NCBI GenBank assembly: GCA_038496445.1
Contig: JALMLS010000566.1
Location: 1 to 40,537, forward strand
Length of the DNA: 40,537 nt
Direction: 5' to 3'
Source of the DNA: Trichosphaerium sp. ATCC 40318
Taxonomy: Eukaryota > Protista > Tubulinea
Shown: in pieces, positions 1-11,902 of the stretch
Numbering within the stretch: the first letter of the stretch is position 1
How the letters are laid out: every line of letters begins with the position of its first letter
Notes under the pieces: model-generated
What the model was told of the DNA's origin: nothing
Database searches by the model: none
What the model saw: only the letters and a program-made list of their open reading frames with translations
Translations under genes and position numbers: made by a program

Positions 1-1158
1 AAAACCCTCCTTTTAATGACCTTGCAGCTCAATGGATAGAACAGCAAATGAAGGACAGGTGGAGCTCACTTATATCTGTAGACGAAATAGTATCCTCAGT
101 GGTTCAACTACTAGAAAAACTAGACGTACTTGACGATACATACATATTTTACTCAAGTGATCACGTGCGCTAATTGTTTTTTCTTTTTGAGTCTTTACGA
201 CTTAGTTCTTATCTTCTTAGGGGTATAAACTAGGTCAATGGCGTGTGGCTACATCCAAACTACAGCCTTATGAAACTGATATCCGTATCCCTTACATTGT
301 TCGCGGTCCTGGTATTAAGCCAGGTGCCAAGATTCCGCAAGTCAGTGGCAACGTTGATTTTACGCCAACAATGCTCGATCTAGCTGGAGTTTCAAAGCCA
401 AAATTTATGGATGGTGCCTTATAAACAATACAAATAGCTTTTAATAACCTACCTGTTTAGGAAAGAGTCTTGCACCGTTCTTTATTTCCGAAGAAAACCC
501 GTACTTTAAGCCTTTTGACCCTGAAGAAAAACAAAAGTATACGAATGCGTGGAGAAAACACTTTTTAATAGAGTTTAAATCTATTGCAGCTTTGTACAAT
601 GACCACGCAGATATATGGGTACAAAAGCATTAACTCCACAACCACAATAGCTCCTGCTTTCGTGTATTTGACAAGAATATAGGTACCTGATAACACTTAC
701 CATGGTCACAACGGTAAAGGACCTAGATCGCCGGTAGGTGATAAAAAGTGTGTACTTGGTAAAGGCGTTGGTGACGGTGAGTTTCCATACATATAATTGT
801 ACTCTTACTAACCACACAGGCACATGTTGGTACATTGATGATCCGTCTTCAAACACTTGGCGTGCTTTGCGTGTCTTGAACGAAAACAGCAACCTTGTAT
901 ACATTGAATTTGATCACACGTGGACATGGTCTAACACATCCATTGAGTTCAGAGAATTATATGATATTGATAGCGATCCATACCAGGTATTTCTTATTTT
1001 TTAATTATTATACGACAACATCAGATCATAATTCAACGTTTTAGATGAAAAACTTGATAAATACCACGAGTCCAACTGTACTCGCTGATCTGCACCAAAC
1101 TCTTCAAAAATACCAAGAATGCAAAGGAAACATTGCAACTGAATCCAACTGCGTATAA
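1..1158 (+). CDS. N-acetylglucosamine-6-sulfatase-like sulfatase, 3' part (5' end outside window), multi-exon
   Basis: Spliced reading gives RWSSLISVDEIV...DDTYIFYSSDH|GYKLGQWR...SKLQPYETDIRIPYIVRGPGI...GNVDFTPTMLDLAG...MD|GKSL...ELYDIDSDPYQ|MKNL, typical GNS-family motifs. Introns include 165-220. Stop TAA at 1156-1158. Confidence 0.9.
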
Positions 1159-1507
1159 AATAAACGCGACTCATCTGTTCAGTACTGGCTATGGTAGTAT
1201 TAAATTGTGACTTGAATCGATTATCAACTCATGAGTTTCACCTTTTAAGTCTTGTTGCGTCACACGTGCGCCAAATCATCAAGCAGTTTAGTAATATAGA
1301 TCTGGCAAACACTATCTTTCTTCTGTACAGATAATTGTGTACAACACTTTGGGAATAGTTAACGATCTTGAACTCTGAGAAAAGTTGATGAAAACTGGGA
1401 AATATCAGTGAAATAATTAACCGAATGGTTGTAGGTTTGTGAATTTCACAAGTTCTGTTGGTATCATAATTTTAAGGCTTTATTGTCTGTAATACACCGT
1501 GTAACGT

Positions 1508-4301
1508 ATGCTAGACCCTCAAAGGTGCTCACAGCTTCTAAATCTAGATGAAGAGGAAGTTGTTGTCGTTTTTGAACCGGATTGCGTAGAAACGACTCAT
1601 AAAGTGGGGAATGTATTCGGCATACCTCCTGTCCATATAAACGGCAGTAATAAGCGATATTTCGAGGTTTTATTGTTAAAAAACCGCGGCGGCGTTCATA
1701 TCGGTACGCACACGCTTAGTATATTATATCACTGCTTATTAACGCGTTTTAAAGGTTTTGTAAATAGTAACGCGTATGAAGTGACTAAACCTATCCCAAT
1801 GGGTATTGGAAGTAAACCAGGGACTTGGGCCATTGATTCGTATCGAATGGCATTTGGTACGCTAAAGCATAACATCAAAAAACTTTTCAAAAAAAAATGA
1901 TTGGTTTCTTTTCACTAACTTTGATTCTCGATATCAGGACATAACAACAGATGGAAAAGTTATGGAACTAGAAAATTAAAGGCAGGTGATGTCATATCTG
2001 TTTTAGTTGATAGCACAAGAAGAAGCTTAGAATTTTGGCTCAACGGAAAAAGGCACGTGTTTGAGGTGGCCTTGTTTTTTTCTTTCTCGCAGAAAATCGA
2101 TGTCCTGTAGAAAGTGCATTTATAATTTTTTCTAACGTTTTGCTTCAGTATGGGTATGGCATGTAAGAATCTAAGAATGGGTTCTATACTGTATCCAGCA
2201 TTTACACTGAGTCACAAAAACACTAAAATGAGGTAATTGCATATTAATATTCTTCGCTGTTCTTGTACTTAGTGCTCACACGTGGGTTTTAGAGTAAATT
2301 TTGGTGCTAGAGAAGAAATAGGATTTTTTCACAAGATGCCTAGGGGTTATTTGCCTATTGCTTTGGCACCCAAAGAGCAAAAAGCTCTTGATAATAAAGT
2401 TGCAATTGAAAATGAAAATTGGAACAAAAAAAATAGCACTGTTCATATCAGCATGCCACCAGAAGTACTCATGACTATGTTGAGTTTCGTTCATTCTGGC
2501 GCTATTATGGAATTACATAAAGTGTGTAGATACTTCCAAGATATACTAGAGTACGCAGCAGGACAACTTTTGATATCAGAAAACTAAACAAAAATAGGCA
2601 AGACTTTTTTTGGAAGTTGATTCTCGAAAATCAGTTTGACATTCTTGCTTCAACATCAGAGGCACAACAAGCGTACGGGACTATATATCACATTTAAAGT
2701 ATGTTAATGTTGTTAGTGATGAAGACGATGGTTGGAGTGATGAAGAGGATATGGCAGTATTGTACAAAGAAAAAATTATTCCTGAGTTAAGAACATTTCC
2801 CGAAAAGAGAACAGAATCAAAGAGCTCTCTAAGACGACGTTACTACACTCGATGGAACTGGGAGCTTGGTAAATACAAGCGAAAGCGATTTCAAGTTAAG
2901 GATATTACTGAACAACCTTGTTGTATGAAGTATGATCAAGATAACTTGTATCTTGGTGCCTTTGAACACATCTATGTTTTGCCATGTGATGACACTTGTA
3001 CGTCCATCCTTTGCCTCTTACTCACAGATATCTTACCAACTGTTATTTTACTTAGACGGTCGGTTTTGTACAACTAAGAAACAAGATAACACGCAATTCA
3101 TAGACTTGGCTATAGGAGAGAGTATCATTGTAGGGTAAGCAGAGAACAACCTACAAAAAAAAACAACAGCAATTTTTCCTTCTTTCCTAACTATTGCTCT
3201 AGTTCAACCACCTTTACAATGCGCGTGTACTCAAAGCACTCTATGAAGTTACTCTCATATTTCGAAGGTACATTTTCAGTACCATGCGCAATAACTGACA
3301 AAGAACTTTGCACCTAGATTTTCGAGGAATTTCATCTATAGATTACTCAAACATCTCGAATAAAATATTGTACAACGAGTCATCCAAATACGGTATCATT
3401 GATGTAGAAACTGAAGAAGTTATACGTTACAACGCTGTATTTGATAACAACAAGACTATATCTAAGATTCAGTTCTGTACTGAAAAAGGAGATACAGCAG
3501 TCATGTCGTCCATACAAAGCTCTGATGTCTTGTTTTATGACAGCAGAGGGAATGATTTGAAACTTCATCTTGTTAAACACCACGGACCAGCTATTGCTGA
3601 TTTTTACTACAAAGACAAAATGCTTGTTACAGGAGGTAAGAAACAACGTTTGAAGAACAGACTTTCCTCGTGAAAAAGCAATACTAATTTTTCTTTGAAG
3701 GAATTGACGGAAATGTAAGACTGTACGATTTAAGGTGGCCTAAAGATGAGGTTTCAACGCTGTGGGGAGATAAGAGAGTTATTACATCCATGGCATACGC
3801 GCCAGATCACCGCCTCATAACAGGTACATTGCAGTCAAGCAAATCCTAGCTATCTTGTTTCTTTTTTCATGCTTTACGTTTATCTTACCACGTGCCTCTT
3901 TAGCCGCACGTGATCAAACTTTGACATATTGGGATATCAACAACGCTACTGTGAAGTATGTTGTAGATACCAAAGGACCAGGTACTTAATCATAACCCTC
4001 ACAACCTAATGTTTTGTTATTTCTCAATTTTTTTTTAGTACTAGCAATGCACATGACACCTGATAAACTCTTCACATTAAATACTACAAAGAAAATCACT
4101 GAGTTTAATTTTGATGTTAATATATCAAGAAACTGGCGTGCTAGAAGAAAATCATACCTGCATATGGCTAAATTCGCAAAAGACCAAAACGATGTATATA
4201 GAAGAAAAAGGTACAATGTAAATAACAAGAAAAATAATGTACCACAACAACGTAAAAAACAAACCTACAGTAGTGAGTTCCCATCGCTATCTCGTAAATA
4301 A
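1508..4301 (+). CDS. SPRY + F-box + WD40-like repeat protein, multi-exon
   Basis: SPRY motifs KRYFEV, YGTRKLKAGDVISVLVD...LEFWLNGKSMG, LYPAFTL and RVNFG. F-box MPPEVLMTMLSFV...LHKVCRYFQDIL. WD-like segments KMLVTGG|IDGNVRLYDLR and AARDQTLTYWD. Basic C-terminal tail. Confidence 0.75.
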
Positions 4302-5087
4302 AAAAATGTAACAAAGACAGTCTCAGTAAAAAAATCATGTGATTGAATTGTACCCAAGTCCAGCTTGCTGTTCAGCCAAAAAGGGTTCGAAACCACTTCT
4401 TTACATAAAATACAATCCTGTTACGTCATACGAATTGAGTTCAAACTCACTTCGCTTGTGAGCGGCGCTTAGGAGGGTACTTTGTGGCTCTCAAGTTCAA
4501 CTCATGTCATTTTATAGTTGCTATACAAAGTTGGTTGATCGTTCGTGCCGCCTTCTCTCCTCTAAAAAAAGAGTAAAAAAAAAGCACATGATACTTGGGT
4601 TTCTGCATCATTTCTGTAACGGTTTTGTTGAGTGCGCATACATCCCTTTAGATATACTAACGGATAAAACGTTTAGTGTTAACACAAACACCAAGCGAGA
4701 ACCTGTGTAAACTGATATATTGTAAAGACAAGTTATCAATGTAAAAAATCCCAACCGAATTGTTATGTACACGGACTGACTAATTTATGGTTTACACATG
4801 GTTGGAAACTATGTACGCAGCTTGATATACCTAAGAATGATATAACTAAGAATGGATGTCTTGTTATTAATACTGTGCATCAACCCGACCATTGTAAATT
4901 TAGACACAGAGTGTCAGGTTATTTGTGTTCGTTAAGTTGCTGCACCAAAACTACAAGGCTAAAAGACAAACTAAAATTAACGTCAACAACTACTCAAGAC
5001 AATCCTCAGATACAAACCAACAAACAACAACTAACGATCGAGCTGATTGAAACCACAAATTCTATTGTACTTCTCCTGTATATCGCT

Positions 5088-8000
5088 ATGAACTCCTTGC
5101 TCGGCATCCGACATTCCCTTATTTTTTTTGGAGTAGTTTTCGTGTTATTATTTAGTACGGTCCCGTCACGTGCGGAACCAGGAGTAATTAGGGTTGGTAC
5201 GTATAGAGTCGTTAGTTGGGTTTAGCCTTTTCAATTTATTTTGTTCTTTCAAGGGTTTACCCTGCCTTTGAATAATACAGGAAGGCTATTCAGTGTACCT
5301 AATGATCACTTTCTGTACGTAATTTATGTTTACAAAGGTGTATCTAACGAAACAACAAGGCTTGGGTTCGAATATAACAGGCGTTGGCTTCAAAAAAATC
5401 CAATAAACGTACGTAGAATATGGCTTGAGCGAACTTCGTATAAAATCAAAATTGTGTATTTCAAAGCTAGTTATCAACAAAAAAACACCCAAACGAGTAA
5501 TTCTGAAACTAACCTTTCGGCTCGGCAAAGAATAACAAAATGGGATTCTTTTTATCCATGCCACGTGTAATTTTATTTTAGCTAACCAATAGTAATTTAC
5601 AACTTACTGTTGAGTATGATGTAACAGATGATGAATTTATTAATAGCACTGTGGCAAAGATTTATAGAGACTACATTGATAGTAAAACTATTTCGTTTCT
5701 ATTTGGTCCTTATAACGGCCGTATGGCACGTGCTGCAGCTGCAGTATCAGAAGACGCAGGATGGATGCTATGTGCGATAAAAAACCAAAAACAGTACTCC
5801 ACGTGTTCTAATCGCGTTTATAGTGAGTTGGATAAACAAAGACACCGATATTCCTCTCCAAGGAAGACGTGTGTTACCGTTACGTATATCCACTAGCAAA
5901 GAATTCGAGTACGTGTTTACACAAAACATGCTTTGTACTAACTACAGCTTTTTTTTTTTAGGATCGTACTAGCAAATTTCCGTGTTGTTGGTGCCAAAAC
6001 GGTGTTGGTTATTCAGCGGAGTAATCATACAGAAGAAGGATGCTTACATCCGGATTTTATACAAGAGATGAATAAGCAAGGTCTCTCACTGTCCGGATCA
6101 ATGAACCTCAAAAATTTTGGTACTGTTGTGCTTTTGTTTTCTTATTTGTTTACACGTGTCTTCTAGGTATACATAACCCGGGCTTCGATTTTGGTAATCG
6201 GACTCTCTACAACGAAATAAGGGCACACGTTAAGAACGAGACCCTTCGTATTATTAAAGAACATGACCCAGATATTTGGATGTATTGTAACCTATCATAT
6301 GGACCTTATATTGTTGAAGTTATGCGCGAGGTAGACTATACACCACGTGCTTTTGTTACTGTGTATCCCAGAACTATCGGAGACCCTTGGGACTATGAAA
6401 CAGCAATCAGGAGTGTACGGACACTGACATTTCCGATATGGAAACACAACATTAACGTTTGCTTTAGTTTGATCGAGATACCAATTTTCCAAACACAGAC
6501 TACTACCATAACATGACTTATCTTTCTAAAGACTTCAAAGAAGTAATGAATACTACACTGGAAGCTCTTATGTTTGATGGTCTACTACCTGGATTAATAC
6601 TTAAGATTGGTCTTGAAGCAATGGACAAAAACGGCTTTAAATTTGAGGTCACAAAGCCTAGAGTGAAGTAAACAACAACTAACTTTTTTAACTCAGCTTG
6701 ATTCAAATGGGCGATTGCGTGTCAGTAACTTTGAGGGAACTTGTACCGGGACAAATAACGTTGTAAGTATTAAGCTGATTTTACTGTTCACATGATATGA
6801 GTCCTAACACGTGTATTTTAGACTGAAGACAGTGGATTTTTGTTTATGCAAAACGAACTAACTGATACGCTTGTAAGAATGAAGATTGATACCGTTGTGG
6901 GTACCTTTGGATGGGATACTCTTAATCAACAGCAGCTAGAAAGTACCATGGTTCAAGTTAGGGATGGTAAACCTAAGCTTGTTTCTCCTGTGTCCATCCA
7001 AGACACTCAGCTTGTATTTCCTATGCCGACTTGGAAAGAACGAGTTTTCGATCCACAATTTGGTAATTTCTCACATAGTTTTTTTTGTTTCTTGCCTGAC
7101 ACTTGTCAATAGGTCATTGGACAGAGATATTAATGGTTACAGTGTCTATTATATTAATCATAAATAGTCTGTGCTGGCTAGCATTCACTCTGCTAGTGTA
7201 CTTGTTCGGATGTTCACCTGACTTAAATCGATCTATTAAGGTTTGTTTTCAGGGTTTTTTTTTCGGGCAGCCTGATTTACTGCTTTTCTAGGCTTCTTCT
7301 CCTGTTTTTATGTGCGTTTTAATACTGGGAAGTATCATACTGTATTGTAGTGTATTCGCTTTTCTACCTAATGTTGTTACGAATTTCACGTGCTCTGCTC
7401 TACCGTGGCTAGCTGATTTAGGTTTCATTTTACTGTTTGGGTATGTACTTTTTATGTTAAACGTTGCATCGCTGACCTCTTTTTAGACCTTTCTTTGCTA
7501 AAGTAAGTTAAGTAAATGGTACATTGTTTTAATTACTTTGAATAGACATTCCGTATTGAGAGACTCTGGAGTGTCAAAACAACTGAAGTGTTCAAAATTT
7601 CCAATTTAGTTGTGCTATCATGGGTACTCGGCATTGTACTTGTCCATGTCATTATTCTTGCTGCTATGGTACCTTTGTGTTATTGATACAGATGCTAAAG
7701 ATTACATACTTAGACTGCATTCGGTGACATACAACGAGAGGAGGTAGTAGTGGATGAAATCCGTATAAGTTACAATTACTATCAGTGTACAGCCAATCAA
7801 ACATTCACAATAATGGCTGGATTTCTTGTTGCATTAAACGTATGCCATTCAAAGGAGACTTCTATTATTGAATAATTCTAGGCTGTTTTACTCGGATTTG
7901 GAGCGTTCTTAGCATACAGAGTTCGCGAGATACCGATGAGGATTTACAACGAGTCAAAAATCATATTCTACTCAGTTTACAACGTGCTCTTCTTCTCAAT

Positions 8001-8294
8001 CATATGCGTTGCTCTATCTATTCCCAATGATATTGAAAGGTATACAAAGTTTATACTAGTATCTTCGTTTGTCATGTTAGGCGCTGGTAAGCTTTTTTTA
8101 TGCTTGGTTTTGAGTCCTGACTTTTTGTCTTTGTTTTTTTTCTAGCTATCACTGTAAATGTTCTTTTTCTGTATAAGATACATCGCTTTGTCAAAACGCT
8201 TAATGGTTCATACTCTGACTCTACACATCAAACGGATGTATCAAAGGGTGCAAAGAGCAGTATGACAGATACTAAAAATAGTCAAGTACTCTGA
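5088..8294 (+). CDS. Class C (family 3, GABA-B/Grl-like) GPCR with an N-terminal periplasmic-binding-protein-like domain, multi-exon
   Basis: Signal peptide MNSLLGIRHSLIFFGVVFVLLFSTVPSRA. LIVBP-like motif FLFGPY..MARAAAAVSE. 7tm_3 motifs IK|ASSPVFMCVLILGSIILY, C..LPWLADLGFILLFG, FAK|TFRI and YNESKIIFYSVYN. Stop TGA at 8292-8294. Confidence 0.88.
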
Positions 8295-8759
8295 CTTTGG
8301 CTAGTGCACTGACCTTATGATGTTAATAAACATACGTTTGTCTTGTAAATATACAGTAATTTCAGGTTTTCTACAAATTGTCTACATTTTGGCAATCACG
8401 AAACATTGCGTCAATAAGTAGCCAAACTGTACAATTCAATGATGTGCTAATAGCCACTAACACATCTTTCCTCCCAATAATCGCGTATAGCTAGTTCTGG
8501 AGCAAGTATTCTACCCTTTAAGTATACACTTTCATTAGCTTCTTGAAGAATAGTCTCAGCTAGGAATATTTCTTCAATTGTACAGATGTTATTTGTTAGA
8601 CCAATCCTCAATCCCAACAAAAGCTATTGCAAGACGATCTAGGAGGAAAGGAACACACTGTCCCTGACCGATAGCTCTGGCGCAGAGCGAGCGTGTGTGG
8701 TTTATTTACCTAACACGCTTGCATGTACATGAAAAAATGAAGAAAACGAAAAAAACAAA

Positions 8760-9873
8760 ATTTTACGGGTGGTAGTGGGTGGTGATTTCTGCTTGCTATT
8801 GAATAAACTGCCTCAGTTGGTTGCTTGTCTTTGTTGGATCAGTCCAGCTCGTTCAAACGCCTGAAATGTCTCGCATGTTCAGACAAAAGAGCTACTAAAG
8901 CTGTCCTTCTTTTCCTTACCAATATTTGGCTTGAGATTATGGTAACTAAAAACAACACACTTGAAATCCAAGCGATGCTTAGTTTAGAGTAGGGCTCTTA
9001 TAGAGACTAGACCAGGTAAATTTATGAGGTTTTTCACATCTGTATTGTCATGTATATTAGTAGGAGGCACGTTGTTCCCATTTTTCTTCGTGTTGATTTA
9101 TGTTTTTGTTAGCTCTGTTTCTTGTTGAGTTGCTCTTTTTTGTGCTGTATGCATGTATCAGAAGAGATGCCTTGGCACCTATTTGGATAATAGAAAATGT
9201 CTATTCATTGTTGTCATTTATAATTCTATTTGGAAGCTTGATTTGTATGGGCTTCAAAACAAGAAGTACATTAAGTGTTAGCAAAGATGCTTTCAGAAAT
9301 ACGGAAAAAGTACGTGCTAAGTAGCTCTCCCGCAATACTTTATTGTTGTTCCCTTACTACTGTTGATTCGTCTGCAGTCTTGGGAATAGTGATATTGAGT
9401 GAACAGTGAAGGAATATTGAGTGGGGCTCAAAACAGTTTCTTTTTGAAAAGGACTCACTTTGTGGTAGATACATATCCTTGTATTGGTGTCCATATCCGT
9501 TTTCTTTATTGTGTTTATCACGCTTGTACCAATGAAAATTCTATTTCTAGTCAAATTTACAGCTGAAAAAGCAGAACGTGTCACTGCAAGTGTTGTTTTT
9601 AGAATTATATTAAACCTTACAGAATGCATTCTTATCATTGGTTTTATTGTAACAACGACACCAAGTAGTCGGAGAACTACAAGTGAAACGTGTATGTACC
9701 CTAAAAATGGTCTTAATTATATTGACTCGATGCTTAGAAGTCTCGAATCCACGGGAAATCATTGGCAAATCAACATGCGCTTCAATACAATCCTCACGTT
9801 TTTAGTACCTTTGCATACATTGCACTATATTCTTGAGAACGGGGGAATTCTGAACTTGAGAATAGTGTTGTAG
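8760..9873 (+). pseudogene. Decayed or poorly resolved multi-pass membrane protein gene
   Basis: Hydrophobic segments (LLLNKLPQLVACL, ENVYSLLSFIILFGSLICMG, ILVLVSISVFFIVF, VFRIILNLTECILIIGFIV) lie in shifting frames with stops. Splice-like junctions are present but I could not build an intact model. Confidence 0.4.
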
Positions 9874-10193
9874 TTACTGACACATAGTGTTGTTAAAGGA
9901 CTGAAGTCAAGTGGAGTCGACTCGACTGAGTGGCCTAGTCAACTCCAAATTTTTGGCATCGGCTGACTGTGTGAATCGAAATGGCCTCAAATTCAGAAAA
10001 AACTAGGTAGCAAAAAAAAATGATAGTTAGGAGCAAAGTATATTTATTAACATAGTACCATTCCCTTGTGTTATATTAATGTAGTAGAGACTATTGTAGT
10101 ACAATATAGTAACAGTAAGAACAGTACACTGTCAACTAGACGGTGGTGGATTGTAATCATGAGGATGTGACTGTCCATTGTTAGGTTCAATGG

Positions 10194-10778
10194 TCATAAA
10201 TCGGCTTCTTCACCAGCCGACCACTCTTCTAAGTTTTTTGATCCGTCTTCATGCCAAGCATGATAATAACACACAATGTGGTCATTCTTGTAAACACATT
10301 TCGTCTTCAGTTGTCCGTTGTCATGCCACTCAACATAGTCACCATTCATCACTCCAAATGTACAAGTATAAACACATTTGCGTTCACCATTAAAATGCCA
10401 CGACTTGAACTGGCCATTGAGACCTGAACGAACATAGTTTGCAGTCCATGCTAAAGTTCCATTTGAATACCATTCATTAGCCTCGCCTTCAACCAAGCCT
10501 TCTTTGTAGAAACGCACAATCGCAACTTTTCCATTCGGATGATATTTTGTGCTTTTGCCATGCGGTTTACCATTCTTGTAGTTCTGTAGATGCTTATATG
10601 TCGCTTGTGGACCACTTTTTAGCCAAGCGCCACTCTTTTCGAAGTCTTTATTAAACCGTGTTGTTGTAGCTGCTAATTTGCAAAGCAAAGGCAATTTTAA
10701 GTAGATTTCACGGTCAGTATTTAATATCAAGTGTTGTAGCTCCAGAGGGAGTACGGTTAATATTGTTGCCTCTGTCAT
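10194..10778 (-). CDS. Intronless F-box-like + MORN-variant (YwqK/MORN_2-type) repeat protein
   Basis: N-terminal ILTVLPLELQHLIL followed by about five 24-aa repeats of the form YKNGKPHGKSTKYHPNGK / YVEWHDNGQLK. Confidence 0.85.
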   Translation of the reverse strand: MTEATILTVLPLELQHLILNTDREIYLKLPLLCKLAATTTRFNKDFEKSGAWLKSGPQATYKHLQNYKNGKPHGKSTKYHPNGKVAIVRFYKEGLVEGEANEWYSNGTLAWTANYVRSGLNGQFKSWHFNGERKCVYTCTFGVMNGDYVEWHDNGQLKTKCVYKNDHIVCYYHAWHEDGSKNLEEWSAGEEADL

Positions 10779-11902
10779 TGCTTAATTCAACAAAACTAGA
10801 ATTAATTGAGCGATTAGGAACTTGCAAGGGCTACCACGTAAGCAGTTTTACAATTTTTGGTACAAAGAAAAGTGTTGACACAATTTAATCAGTCAATGTT
10901 ATTCTGTGAATTATTGCACAACTTACTTACAGTAAACTCAAACGCTGAAATTTCAGTTGAAATACTGTGGTTTTTTTTGCAGTAAGTATCATTTTCATTA
11001 AAGACAGTTACTGTAGTTCGATTATACCAAAATAGCTTATCAAAAGTCAATGTGCTTCTTCTCACTGTACTCACTGACGACGGCCACCATAGCCATAGAT
11101 ATTAATTACCTGATACCATATTGAAGTGTTGAAAGCACATGCTAGCTTTTACAGTCTTGGACAATCTAGTTGTAATTTACGGGTAGAATAATCAAGTTTG
11201 ACTTTTTTAGAGAAAGGCCTGTTTGGCCTGATTGTGTACACTATCAGGTAACAATCAAAAATATGCTTATCGATAAACACTGTGATACCACTCAAGTCTC
11301 CTACTAGGTAGCATTCATTCAGAACGAGTTAATGTAATAAAGAAGAAAACGCCTTTGATAGAGCCTTACTCATAAAGGAAGCTTGTGGATGATGTTGCAT
11401 ATGGCACCGTCTATCTTTGACGTTCCAAGTAGGAGTGTCTTTTACACATCTCCTTGAATCGAGTACATCAATGAAAGAGTGGACGTAAGACTTTTAACAA
11501 AGTACAAAATCCACTTACAAATACAAGCGTGAAGTACTTTAAAAAGCTGTACTCTTCAAGCACAAGTCGAAGTAATGTGGCAATGTGTTAAGCATATTCA
11601 CGTGATATGTGAACTAACTATTAGTTCAATTTTATTTGTAGGAGTAAAGCAATCCCCAACTTAGAATTGTTACGATAGTAAAAATCATCAATCTTGGGAA
11701 TATTTAACTTAGTTTGTAGGTACTACAGTCCTAATAGCATTTTCCACTTATTCTCACAACTCTTTATAAAAGTTTATATTGAACCATTGTATTTAAGTGT
11801 GAGATAAACTGACAATCATTACTATTTTATTTTATTTTCTGGATTTTTTCTTACAGTTTTTTTTTGAAAGAGTAGCACTAACGTGTCTCTAGTTGTAAAA
11901 TT

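Noticed and set aside
4340-4400. GGTTCGAAACC (B-box/T-loop-like) suggesting a tRNA
   Set aside because: No A-box/D-arm, anticodon arm or acceptor stem could be folded around it.
9913-9947. Imperfect hairpin GGAGTCGACT...AGTCAACTCC as a transposon or Helitron end
   Set aside because: Single occurrence with no matching terminus or TSD found.
10880-11650. Possible gene relic between the F-box/MORN gene and the transcription factor
   Set aside because: Splice-like sites occur, but no consistent frame or motif could be built.
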